A DNA stretch of 64,000 nucleotides, from contig SVJD01000001.1 of NCBI GenBank assembly GCA_015069165.1, positions 57,485 to 121,484 of the forward strand. Direction: 5' to 3'. This DNA is from Oscillospiraceae bacterium (lineage in GTDB: Bacteria > Bacillota > Clostridia > UBA1212 > UBA1255). A program made the position numbers and the translations under genes. Below the pieces are notes generated by a model, which was given only the letters and a program-made list of their open reading frames with translations, had not been told where the DNA came from and ran no database searches. Below, piece after piece: positions 49,605-59,321 of the stretch (positions are counted from its first letter, which is position 1; each line of letters begins with the position of its first letter).

Positions 49605-49626
49605 CAATAATCCTCGAATCTGTAAT

Positions 49627-50535
49627 TTATTCAAATAATGCTTTAACATAATCTTCCGGCACAAAAGGCTGCAAATCTTCAATGCCTTCACCTACACCCA
49701 CAAGTCTTACGGGAATTTTCAATTCATTACAAATAGAAACAATAATTCCGCCCTTTGAAGAACCGTCTAACTTTGTGAGAATAATACCTGTAATATTAGC
49801 AACTTCAGAAAAAGCTCTTGCTTGATTTACTGCATTTTGACCTGTAGTCGAGTCAAGTACAAGGAAAGTTTCATGCTTAACATCAGGAAGTTCCTTCTCA
49901 ACTACACGAGCCATTTTCGCAAGCTCATTCATAAGATTTTTCTTGTTGTGAAGTCTTCCGGCAGTATCGCAAATCAAAACATCAGTTTCTCTTGCTTTTG
50001 CTGCTCTGCAAGCATCAAATAATACAGCCGCAGGATCAGCGCCTTCATTTTGACGAATCATATCAACTCCGCAACGTTTTGCCCAAATATCAAGTTGGTC
50101 AATAGCAGCAGCTCTGAATGTGTCACCAGCCGCAAGTAAAACCTTTTTACCTGAACTTTTATATAAATGAGCAATTTTACCAATTGAAGTTGTCTTTCCT
50201 ACACCGTTTACACCGATTACCGTAATCAGAACGGGAACTTCTTGCAAATCAAGTCCTTTTTCACCCAATTCAAGAAACTCAGCTATGATTTTTTGAAGCT
50301 CTGTTCTTATTTGACTTGCATCAGTCAACTTGTTCTCCTTAACGGACACTCTCAATTTTTCAAGAATTTCTTCGGTAGTCTGTACACCAAAATCAGAAGT
50401 GATTAAAATTTCTTCCAATTCATCAAATAATTCTTCATCTATTTTACCGAAACTTGCGAGAATTGTATCAACTTTACCTAAAAAACTCTCTTTGGTTTTT
50501 TTCAGACCGTTTTTTAATTTTTCAAAAAAAGCCAT
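49627..50535 (-). CDS. ftsY: Signal recognition particle receptor FtsY
   Basis: The SRP-GTPase motifs are [15 protein letters not shown] and TKLDG. Confidence 0.9.
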   Translation of the reverse strand: MAFFEKLKNGLKKTKESFLGKVDTILASFGKIDEELFDELEEILITSDFGVQTTEEILEKLRVSVKENKLTDASQIRTELQKIIAEFLELGEKGLDLQEVPVLITVIGVNGVGKTTSIGKIAHLYKSSGKKVLLAAGDTFRAAAIDQLDIWAKRCGVDMIRQNEGADPAAVLFDACRAAKARETDVLICDTAGRLHNKKNLMNELAKMARVVEKELPDVKHETFLVLDSTTGQNAVNQARAFSEVANITGIILTKLDGSSKGGIIVSICNELKIPVRLVGVGEGIEDLQPFVPEDYVKALFE

Positions 50536-50547
50536 TTAAATAACTCC

Positions 50548-53500
50548 TCACTGATTCATTTTTAAAGATATAACCTTTGAAATACCTTTTTCTTCCATTG
50601 TTACACCGTAAAGCGAACAAGCATTTTCCATTGTTCCCTTTCTGTGTGTAATCATTATAAACTGTATATCGTCCTTAATTTTCTTTAAATAATCAGAAAG
50701 ACGATAAACATTGGCATCATCAAGCGCCGCTTCGATTTCGTCGAGCAAACAAAACGGCGAAGGATGCATTTTAAGTATTCCGAACAGCAATGCGATAGCC
50801 GTAAGCGCTCGCTCACCGCCGGACAAGAGCATCATATTTTGAAGCTTCTTTCCGGGTGGCTGAACTTGAATTTCAATACCGCATTCAAGCACATCTTGAG
50901 TTTCATCAAGTACAATATCAGCTTTACCGCCTCCGAAAAGTTCTGTAAACACTTCTTTAAAGTTTTCTCTTATAAGCTTAAATTGCTGCATAAATTGCTC
51001 TCTCATTACAGCGTTTAATTCGGATATAACTTTTTGAAGTTTAGCTTTTGCTTCGTCCATATCTTGCTTTTGTGCAGACATAAACGTATACCTTTCCATT
51101 GTGGACTCATATTCTTCAACAGCGTTTACATTTACCGGTCCCAGGGCTTTTATCTGTGCTTTGAATTCTTTAATCTTTTTGGCAGCTTCGGGGTAATTTT
51201 CTACTCGTTTACCACCCATAAGCTCTTTAGCCGCAGAGAAAACGAGCTCGTATTCTTCCCAAAGTCTGTTTTTATTCGAGTTAATTTCACTCTCTTCGCG
51301 TACTTTTTTTATTTCCGCTTTGTTAAGTCCGTCGGAATACAGCGTGATTTTTTCGTTAATTTCCGTAATTTTGTCAAGCATACCGCCCAAATCCTTGTCA
51401 AGTCCCGATTTCATTTCCTCGTACTTAGCAAGCTGATTCGCATTTTCTTCTTTTAACTCAGAAACTTTTATAATTTCTTCCTCTAAAGAACTATTAGCAG
51501 CTTCAATGGCCTTTACGGAATCTTCGCAATCTTTAATCTGAACATCGTAATATTCAAGATGTTCCGCGCCTTCTGAAAGTGCCTCCGTATATCTCGTTTT
51601 ATCTTCTTCAAGTTTAACAAGCGTAACTTTCAAATCTGCATCTTTGACTTTTTGTCGAATGAGATTTTGATTAGCTTCTTCAAGTAATTTCTCCGAATGT
51701 TCGCGCTTAATATCGTGCATTTTGAGATTTTCTTCAGCTTCGGCAAGCTCTTTTTCAAGAATCTTTTCTAATTCTTGAGCTTCTTCAATACCTGTTCTGG
51801 CAGAAAGCATACTGTTAACCTGAACTTTTAATTCCTCAACCAGTTTACCTCTGCGTGCCGTTTCACCTGCCTGTTTTTCACGCATAGCCATACATTTTGC
51901 AGACCATTGTGAATAATTAACTTCCAGTGTACGTACATCACCCGACAGATTTTCACGGTCTTTTTCAAGAGTTTTTACAGAATTTCTGTATTCTTCTATG
52001 CTGATGTTTACTTCTTCCAAAAGTTTTTTGTTGGAGCTTACAGATTTTTCCAATGCAGGAATTTCCCTCGTTCTGGAAAGCGTACCTGCGGAAGATTTAC
52101 CCTTTTCCGCACTACCGCCTGTAATAGCACCTGAAGTTCTTAAAATATCGCCTTCCAACGTAACGCACATAAAAGCATATTTATTACGGCTTGCACATCT
52201 TAATGCATTGTCGAGATTATCAAAAACAGCAACTCTGCCGAGCAAACTGTCAACTGCTTTTTGGTACTTATCTTCAAAATCCACAAGGTCAGAGGCAATA
52301 CCTAAATATCCCACGGCACCTTCAAGAATTTTTACTGTATCATATTCAAATCTCCTGCCGTTTACTGCTGTTAACGGTAAAAACGTAGCTCTGCCATATC
52401 TGCCTTTTTTCAAATATTCAATTGCTTTTTTTGCATCTTCTTCTGTTTCGGTAACAATGTTCTGATATGCCTGCGCAAGTGCTACTTCGATTGCAATTTC
52501 GTATTCCGCAGAAACATTTATAATCTGTGCAATTGCACCGCAAATACCTTTGCCGAAATCGGGATTTGCTTTACAAAGTGATAAAACCTTTTTAACGCTG
52601 AAAGCATAACCTTCGTAGTCATCTTCCATTTCTTTTATAAGTTTCAATCTGGCAGAATCACTTTGCAACTTGGCCGAAATCTTTGCCGCTTCTTCTGTTG
52701 ATTTTGCTTCATTTTGTTTTGCGGTTTCCAAAGCTTCTGTTTTATTCTTAAAAAGCTGCTTTGTATCTTCCAATTTAGCTTCAACTGCAGAACGCTCTTT
52801 CTCTGCTGCCTCAATTTCGCCGCTTGCTATCTCCGAACTCGATTCAAGTACTTCCAATTCATTGTCAATACTTACTTTACGGTCAGTTATAAGCTCAATT
52901 TGCTTGTTAAACGATTCAATTGAACTTTGCGCTTTTCCTTTTTTCAATTTAAGTTCAAGTATAACATCGGAAGCTTTTGAAACTTCTTGCTTTTTATTTT
53001 CATTTTCTTTTAAAAGCTCATTGTATTCATTTTGAAGCCTTTCGGTTTCTTTTTGGTGTTCCTCAAGTGTGCTTTTAAGTACAGCAATTTCCTCAATCAT
53101 TTCGTTTATCTTTATATCATAAACACTGCTTTTTTGTTTTTGCTGTTCTTTTTCAAGAACCAAACGTTGCTTGTTATCCTCAGCCGCTTTGATTTTTTCT
53201 TTGTTTATTTCTATTTCACTTTTAAGCCTTTCAATTTTTTTCTCGTCAGAATATATGCTCTCTCTTGCAGATTGCAACATATCAGACAATATTTTCGCCT
53301 TTTCTGTCTTGTCTGTATTTTCTCTTTTGATATCTTCAAGCATATTTTCTGCATTTTGCTTATCTGCAGTTAAAATATCAATATCATTTATTATTTTTTC
53401 CAATCTTTCTTGTGCAAAATCAATGCCGTCAACAAGAACATTAACCTCAATATCACGAAGAGCATACTTAAAGTCCAAATATTTTTTAGCTGTTTCTGCC

Positions 53501-54138
53501 TGCTTTTCCAATGGTTTGATTTGATGTGCAAGTTCATTTACAATATCATTAACTCTGAGAAGATTTTGTTCTGTAAGATTAAGCTTTCTTTCGCTTTCTG
53601 CTTTACGCATCCTGTATTTCATAATACCGGATGCATCTTCGAAAATATTTCGTCTTTCATCGGATTTGCTGTTTAAAATTTCATCAACACGTCCTTGTCC
53701 TATGAGAGAATAACCATCTTTACCTATACCTGTGTCTGCAAAAAGCAAATGAATGTCTTTCATTCTGCATTGCGAATTATTAATAAGATATTCACTATCT
53801 CCGGAACGATACAGACGTCTTGTAATCTTCACTTCACTGAAATCTATGTTGAGAACTCTGTCTTCGTTGTCCATAATGAGGGAAACTTCTGCCATGCCGA
53901 CAGGTCTTCTGCTCTCGGTTCCTGCAAAAATCACGTCTTCCATGCGGCTGCCTCTTAATGTTTTGGGACTTTGCTCTCCCAAAACCCATTTAACGGCATC
54001 GGAAATATTACTTTTACCGCTGCCGTTAGGACCTACAACAGCCGTGATTCCTTCGTTAAAATCTAATATGGTCTTATCAACAAAAGACTTAAAGCCTTGC
54101 ATTTCCAATCGTTTTAAATACAACTCTTTCTCCTCCAT
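50548..54138 (-). CDS. smc: Chromosome segregation protein SMC
   Basis: The N-terminus LYLKRLEMQGFKSF...GPNGSGKSN, long coiled coils, a hinge, and the C-terminal LSGGERALTAIALLF with DEIEAALD are all present. The start was trimmed to MEEKELYLKR. Confidence 0.9.
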   Translation of the reverse strand: MEEKELYLKRLEMQGFKSFVDKTILDFNEGITAVVGPNGSGKSNISDAVKWVLGEQSPKTLRGSRMEDVIFAGTESRRPVGMAEVSLIMDNEDRVLNIDFSEVKITRRLYRSGDSEYLINNSQCRMKDIHLLFADTGIGKDGYSLIGQGRVDEILNSKSDERRNIFEDASGIMKYRMRKAESERKLNLTEQNLLRVNDIVNELAHQIKPLEKQAETAKKYLDFKYALRDIEVNVLVDGIDFAQERLEKIINDIDILTADKQNAENMLEDIKRENTDKTEKAKILSDMLQSARESIYSDEKKIERLKSEIEINKEKIKAAEDNKQRLVLEKEQQKQKSSVYDIKINEMIEEIAVLKSTLEEHQKETERLQNEYNELLKENENKKQEVSKASDVILELKLKKGKAQSSIESFNKQIELITDRKVSIDNELEVLESSSEIASGEIEAAEKERSAVEAKLEDTKQLFKNKTEALETAKQNEAKSTEEAAKISAKLQSDSARLKLIKEMEDDYEGYAFSVKKVLSLCKANPDFGKGICGAIAQIINVSAEYEIAIEVALAQAYQNIVTETEEDAKKAIEYLKKGRYGRATFLPLTAVNGRRFEYDTVKILEGAVGYLGIASDLVDFEDKYQKAVDSLLGRVAVFDNLDNALRCASRNKYAFMCVTLEGDILRTSGAITGGSAEKGKSSAGTLSRTREIPALEKSVSSNKKLLEEVNISIEEYRNSVKTLEKDRENLSGDVRTLEVNYSQWSAKCMAMREKQAGETARRGKLVEELKVQVNSMLSARTGIEEAQELEKILEKELAEAEENLKMHDIKREHSEKLLEEANQNLIRQKVKDADLKVTLVKLEEDKTRYTEALSEGAEHLEYYDVQIKDCEDSVKAIEAANSSLEEEIIKVSELKEENANQLAKYEEMKSGLDKDLGGMLDKITEINEKITLYSDGLNKAEIKKVREESEINSNKNRLWEEYELVFSAAKELMGGKRVENYPEAAKKIKEFKAQIKALGPVNVNAVEEYESTMERYTFMSAQKQDMDEAKAKLQKVISELNAVMREQFMQQFKLIRENFKEVFTELFGGGKADIVLDETQDVLECGIEIQVQPPGKKLQNMMLLSGGERALTAIALLFGILKMHPSPFCLLDEIEAALDDANVYRLSDYLKKIKDDIQFIMITHRKGTMENACSLYGVTMEEKGISKVISLKMNQ

Positions 54139-54227
54139 CTTCTTTAACTTGTACATTATCGCAAAATTTATTTTTGATGTCAACTAAGCAAAGAAGATAT
54201 TTATTCAGTTTTGTCAAATGTTGTTTC

Positions 54228-54267
54228 AAAAAAAGCCGTGCTTTTCACAAGCACAGCTTTTTAAGAC
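54228..54267 (-). terminator. Rho-independent terminator downstream of dfx
   Basis: The stem GCTGTGCTT/AAGCACGGC (one mismatch) with a 5-nt loop is flanked by T/A runs. Confidence 0.5.
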
Positions 54268-54290
54268 ATTTAATTAACTTTAACAAAATT

Positions 54291-54917
54291 TCATTTAATT
54301 TTGCCGCTCATTATATCTGACAAAATAGTAATTACCTTATTGTAGCAACCGCCGCAGCCTGTTGAGCAGTGTGTTGTATTCTTAACATTATCAAAAACTG
54401 CAAGTAAGCTGTCTATATTTGCGTTATCGCGAGCTGCATCAAGTATGTCAAAATAGCTTACACTGTTACATTTACATACAGTATAATTCTCGTTTGTATC
54501 TGTATCAACAGGTTTAAGGTCGCAAACAGGTTTAACTTCGTTTTCAGCTACCCACAAACCATGCAAATTACAATATGCATAAACTGCTTCAACTTCATCA
54601 TTATCGCAAATCGAAAAGCAAACGGCCGGTTTTTCGCCGGGTTCAAGACATTTTCTCTGGTTGCCGAATTTTGTCTGAATTGAAATCCACTCAATGTAGT
54701 GTTCGTCTGCCATGGGATGCTCAACATCACCTACTATAACATATACTTTTCCGCCATCAATAGTAAAAACCGGCAAATGCTTTTCGACAGAAGCTTCAAT
54801 GCTGCCGGGGATAATTTCGTTCATTTTTTTACCGCAACACATTACAGGAACCCCGCAATCTTTTACCAAAGCGTATATATTGCCACAGTGTTCACACTTA
54901 AAAAATCTTTGTTTCAT
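54291..54917 (-). CDS. dfx: Desulfoferrodoxin (superoxide reductase) fused to C-terminal BFD-like [2Fe-2S] domain
   Basis: Centre I is CEHCGN...CCG. Centre II ligands are HLPV...EHYIEWI...CNLHG. The C-terminal motif is CKCNSV...CSTGCGGC, which is BFD-like. Confidence 0.6.
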   Translation of the reverse strand: MKQRFFKCEHCGNIYALVKDCGVPVMCCGKKMNEIIPGSIEASVEKHLPVFTIDGGKVYVIVGDVEHPMADEHYIEWISIQTKFGNQRKCLEPGEKPAVCFSICDNDEVEAVYAYCNLHGLWVAENEVKPVCDLKPVDTDTNENYTVCKCNSVSYFDILDAARDNANIDSLLAVFDNVKNTTHCSTGCGGCYNKVITILSDIMSGKIK

Positions 54918-55035
54918 ATATTAATCCTCCGTTTATGTAAAATTTGTTTTTTTATTATTTTATATATTCAAAAACGTATGTCAAGAAAAATATTGTATGG
55001 TATAATACAAACATAAAATATTTAGAGGTAATTTT

Positions 55036-56409
55036 ATGAATTTTGACACATTTATTAACAACGAAATGCACAATATGATTGACTCATTAGACCGTTTAGT
55101 AAGTATTCCGAGTGTCGGAGGAATTCATGATAGTGAAGCACCTTTCGGCAAAGAAGCACTTTCAGCTCTTAAGGAAGTTGAAAAAATAGCCACTGAAATG
55201 GGACTGTGCGCTCACATCTACCATAACAGAGTTGCCGTGATTGATTTATACCCTGCTCCTTTTCCGACCGTCGGTATTTTAACTCATGCCGATGTTGTTC
55301 CTGCCGGCAACGGCTGGACATACGAGCCTTTTAAAGTTACAAAAAACGGTGAAAATCTATACGGCAGAGGCGTAATTGACAATAAAGGTCCTATTGTTTC
55401 CACACTTTATGCAATGAAATATGCCAAGGAATACCTAAGTTTAAATAACAATTTCAGACTTATCGTAGGCAGCGATGAAGAACGTGGTTCTTCAGATTTA
55501 TCATACTACATGGCAAACCAAAAACTTCCGGAGTATGTATTCACCCCTGATGCCAATTACCCGGTTATAAACACAGAAAAAGGCAGAGCTACGGGTAATT
55601 TTACAAAAAAAATCACGTACACAACCGATAAGAAAGTTTTAAGTGCAACCGGCGGCACTGTTATAAATGCTGTACCGGATCGTGCTTATGCAACGGTTTG
55701 CGGTTACGAATTGCATGAACTTTATATGGCCTCAGACGCTTGTTCGGCACCTGTAAAGTATGAGTTCATTGAAAAAGCCGATAATATTACAGAAATTACA
55801 GTATATGGTACAAGTGCACACGCTTCACTTCCCGAGAACGGCGAAAACGCCTTAACTGCACTTTGTGAACTTTTTTCAAAACTCGACTATCGATGGGAAA
55901 ATATTTACAATGCATGTCCTCATAATGATGTATACGCAAAAGCCATTAAAGCAGATTGCGAAGACGAAATTTCCGGCAAATTGACATTTTCATTTGATCT
56001 GTTGGAATTTGACGGAGAAAATTTCAAAGGTACATTTGATGTACGTTTTCCCGTTTGCCTTACTGTTCAAGAACTTAGGCAAAAACTTACTGACGGACTT
56101 AACAGATTCGGACTCAATTTAGAAGATTATTCCGCAGTACCTCCGCACCATACAAATTCCGACTCTCTTTTGGTAAAGGCACTTCTCGAAGCATACGAAG
56201 CCGTAACCGGAAAACCGGGCAAACCTTTAGCTGTCGGCGGCGGCACATACGCTCACGGAATACCGGGAGCCGTTGCATTCGGACCTGAGTTCAACGAAAT
56301 TGACAATAAGATTCACGGAGCAGACGAATTTATTTCTTTGGAACATTTTAAAATCAACACAAGCATGATTTATAACGCAATGTTAAAACTTGATGAACAA
56401 ATTGTTTAG
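55036..56409 (+). CDS. M20-family dipeptidase (PepV/Sapep-like)
   Basis: Metal-binding motifs HADVVP and GRGVIDNKG are present, and the protein has the M20 dimerisation-domain architecture. Confidence 0.7.
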   Translation: MNFDTFINNEMHNMIDSLDRLVSIPSVGGIHDSEAPFGKEALSALKEVEKIATEMGLCAHIYHNRVAVIDLYPAPFPTVGILTHADVVPAGNGWTYEPFKVTKNGENLYGRGVIDNKGPIVSTLYAMKYAKEYLSLNNNFRLIVGSDEERGSSDLSYYMANQKLPEYVFTPDANYPVINTEKGRATGNFTKKITYTTDKKVLSATGGTVINAVPDRAYATVCGYELHELYMASDACSAPVKYEFIEKADNITEITVYGTSAHASLPENGENALTALCELFSKLDYRWENIYNACPHNDVYAKAIKADCEDEISGKLTFSFDLLEFDGENFKGTFDVRFPVCLTVQELRQKLTDGLNRFGLNLEDYSAVPPHHTNSDSLLVKALLEAYEAVTGKPGKPLAVGGGTYAHGIPGAVAFGPEFNEIDNKIHGADEFISLEHFKINTSMIYNAMLKLDEQIV

Positions 56410-56472
56410 ATGCTTTACTTTGAATTTAAACTATGTTATTTTTATACTGATTATGATTAGGAGTTGACTAAA

Positions 56473-57795
56473 ATGAAAAAAGGTCTGAAAACTGTTATTT
56501 TGTTTTTACTTACAGCAGTTCTTTTACTTTCTGCTTTTGGGTGCAAAAACTATTTAAGTCCCGAAGAAAAAGCTCAAAGAGATGCACAACTCGTTGAAAC
56601 ATTGATGAAAGAAGCTCAACTCATTACTGATTTTATGAGAGATCAAAAATTCATATATGGTGACGCAAAAATAAACCCGGGTATCAACTGGGAACACCTT
56701 GATCCGGCAAAAGCCATAGACCCTTACGAAAAAGTTGTAAGTTGTGACAGACTCGTAGATTGGATTTTGTACAGAGCAGGTTTTACCGATCAAGTTTACG
56801 ACCAAGGCACAACTGTTTGGTATATGGGTGCTTGGTGCGAAGAACAAAACTTCGAAAGAATTGATAATGTTGAAGAATTAAAAGCAGGAGACATTGTTTT
56901 TGTAAATCCCGATTCACAAGGTCGCCCCGCTCACGTTTTTATGTGTGCAAGTACCATGGATGAATACGGAATGTACTTAAGATACGATGCCGGAAGTAAC
57001 GAGCGTATTCAGTGCAAAAAAGGTACGGAGGCAACTCCCGGTCAACAGCCTTTCCGTGAGCCTATTGCAGGATTTATGTATGCCTACAGACCAAATGCAA
57101 GCGCTATAGACGAAGATTATGTTGCAAGTGACGGTAACAGCAAACCGGTTGAGAAAATATCTTTCGAAATCCCCTACGGCACTGCGACAATCGATGGCAA
57201 AATCGATAAAGACGAATATAAGGCACATTACACAATGGACAAAGACTCTTGCATGGCATGGATGGGTTCTGTTAAAAATGCCAAAACAGAAATTTACTTT
57301 GCATGGGATGAAGAAGGTCTGTATTATGCCGGACAAATTTCAGATAATACTCCTGCATATTCTAACACTGACAATGAGTGGAATGGTGCTGATTGCATAC
57401 AACTTGCCGTTAACCCGGGTAATCTTATAGAAGCATCATCAGGAATATTCTTCACGTTCGGAGCGACAAGCGACAATAATGTTGTTGCATACAGGAGCAA
57501 CTACTCAGAATTAAATGTTACCGATAAGATTCAAAGTGCTGCCTGCGGTCATACGGTCGGAAGTGACAGTTATGTTATAGAGGTTAAAATTCCGTGGAAT
57601 TTAATGAAACTTAAAGTTACAAGCGGCAATATAATAGATTTAACTTCATTCGAACCAAAAAAAGGTGCCGAACTCGGTCTTTTACCTTGTGTGATTGACT
57701 GCGATAATGCAAGTTCAACTATAAAGGCTGCTTACAGACATAATAATACAAACTTTAATACCAATTACTTTGTATCCGCAATACTTACAAAATAA
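56473..57795 (+). CDS. Lipoprotein: papain-like Cys/His hydrolase-like domain plus CBM9/DOMON-like C-terminal domain (paralogue A)
   Basis: The lipobox is LSAFGC. A conserved Cys (VSCDRLVDWIL) is followed about 60 aa later by a His (PAHVFM). The C-terminus has IDGKIDKDEY...EIYFAWDEEGLYYAG. Confidence 0.4.
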   Translation: MKKGLKTVILFLLTAVLLLSAFGCKNYLSPEEKAQRDAQLVETLMKEAQLITDFMRDQKFIYGDAKINPGINWEHLDPAKAIDPYEKVVSCDRLVDWILYRAGFTDQVYDQGTTVWYMGAWCEEQNFERIDNVEELKAGDIVFVNPDSQGRPAHVFMCASTMDEYGMYLRYDAGSNERIQCKKGTEATPGQQPFREPIAGFMYAYRPNASAIDEDYVASDGNSKPVEKISFEIPYGTATIDGKIDKDEYKAHYTMDKDSCMAWMGSVKNAKTEIYFAWDEEGLYYAGQISDNTPAYSNTDNEWNGADCIQLAVNPGNLIEASSGIFFTFGATSDNNVVAYRSNYSELNVTDKIQSAACGHTVGSDSYVIEVKIPWNLMKLKVTSGNIIDLTSFEPKKGAELGLLPCVIDCDNASSTIKAAYRHNNTNFNTNYFVSAILTK

Positions 57796-57816
57796 ATTTA
57801 AGAATGGAGTAGAAAA

Positions 57817-59172
57817 ATGAACAAATTTATCAAACGCACAATTTTAATCATGCTTGTTGTTGTGTCCGTATTTTCAGTAATCGGATGTACAACAAATCCG
57901 GGTAGCTCGTCAACAAACGAATCAGCCGCACCTGCTGACGGTTCGGCAAGTGCGACAGCAAGACCCGTTGCAAAAGAAACTCTTGCTGATGTACTTATGA
58001 GAGAAGCTCAGATAGTTACAGATTTCATCAGAGATAATGACTTTTTTTACGGTGATGCATCTATCAATCCTGCAATCAACTGGGCAGAGCTTGATCCTGC
58101 AAAAGCAATCAAGAAAAACGAAAGAATTGTAAGCTGCGACAGACTTGTAGGCTGGATTTTGTACAGAGCTGGTTTTGTTAATCAGTCATACACACAAGGA
58201 GAGACTTGTTATGTTTTCACTAAATGGTGCGAAGACAACAAATTTATCAAAATTACCGACAAAACAAAATTACAACCCGGTGATGTCTTGTTTGTTAACC
58301 CAAACAGTGAAGGTCAACCGATGCATATGTTTATGACTGCAAGTACAATGGATTCAAACGGCAAATACTTAAGATACGATGCAGGAAGTGATGCTCGTAT
58401 TCAATGTAAAAAAGGTACGGAAGCAAAACGCGGACAACAGCCTTTCATCGAACCTATCGATAACTTTATGTATGCATACCGTCCTACTGATGCTATGCTT
58501 GATATTGATTATCCTGACAGCGATGCGGAACGTTATGTATTCCCTACTGTAGATACAAGCTTTGAAGTTGCTTACGGCAAACCAACAATTGACGGTAAAA
58601 TCAACGACGGCGAATACAAGTCACATTACACAATGGATAAAACAACTTGTGATGCATGGCAAGGCGACATTGATAAGGCAAAAGCTGAAATCTATTTTGC
58701 TTGGGACGAAGAAGGTTTATACTATGCAGGAGAAATTTCTGACAGCACACCTAAATTCGGCAAAGATAGAGAATCTTGGAGTTCTTCTGACTGTCTCCAA
58801 CTTGGTATAGATCCCGGCAGATTACTCACAACATCTTCCGGCGTATTCTTTACTTTCGGTGCAACAGACGAAAATAATGTTATTGCTCACAGAGCTAATT
58901 TCAACGGAAGAGTATGTTCTAAAAAAGTTACTTCGGCAGCAAGCGGTCATGTTAAAGGCAGTGAATCATACATTATAGAAGTCATGATTCCTTGGTCAGA
59001 AATCGAAACTGCTCTTTCAAAAGAGTTTAAAGCTGAATCAGGCGCATCAATCGGACTTCTTCCCTGCGTACTTGATTATAAAATCGGCGGTTCATCACTC
59101 AATGCTGCTTATCGCTTTAAAACCACAGATTTCAACCCCAGAACATACGTTCCTGCAACACTTACAAAATAA
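57817..59172 (+). CDS. Lipoprotein paralogue B, same architecture
   Basis: It is about 55-60% identical to paralogue A across its length (VSCDRLVGWILYRAGF...HMFM; IDGKINDGEY...EIYFAWDEEGLYYAG). Confidence 0.4.
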   Translation: MNKFIKRTILIMLVVVSVFSVIGCTTNPGSSSTNESAAPADGSASATARPVAKETLADVLMREAQIVTDFIRDNDFFYGDASINPAINWAELDPAKAIKKNERIVSCDRLVGWILYRAGFVNQSYTQGETCYVFTKWCEDNKFIKITDKTKLQPGDVLFVNPNSEGQPMHMFMTASTMDSNGKYLRYDAGSDARIQCKKGTEAKRGQQPFIEPIDNFMYAYRPTDAMLDIDYPDSDAERYVFPTVDTSFEVAYGKPTIDGKINDGEYKSHYTMDKTTCDAWQGDIDKAKAEIYFAWDEEGLYYAGEISDSTPKFGKDRESWSSSDCLQLGIDPGRLLTTSSGVFFTFGATDENNVIAHRANFNGRVCSKKVTSAASGHVKGSESYIIEVMIPWSEIETALSKEFKAESGASIGLLPCVLDYKIGGSSLNAAYRFKTTDFNPRTYVPATLTK

Positions 59173-59217
59173 TCCTAAAAACATACAAAATTATATAATA
59201 TAAACAACAAAATAATG

Positions 59218-59279
59218 TTGACTATAACCTCCTGAAGTGTTAAAATATAACATATGAATGTTCAAAATTAACATTCATA
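59218..59279 (+). promoter_or_regulatory. Sigma-A promoter (TTGACT, 17-nt spacer, TAAAAT) with overlapping perfect 10-bp inverted-repeat operator
   Basis: The -35 hexamer is at 59218-59223 and the -10 at 59241-59246. The palindrome TATGAATGTT-n7-AACATTCATA lies at 59253-59279, at about +1 to +27. Confidence 0.5.
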
Positions 59280-59321
59280 CGTATTAAATTTAGTTTATTA
59301 TAACACCAAGGAGGTTTTTCA

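Noticed and set aside
50764-53958. Multiple 80-155-aa plus-strand ORFs inside smc (for example 51034-51456, 51998-52465, 52670-53035).
   Set aside because: They are antisense to a well-supported 1200-aa SMC gene, are low-complexity translations of coiled-coil codons, and have no ribosome-binding sites.
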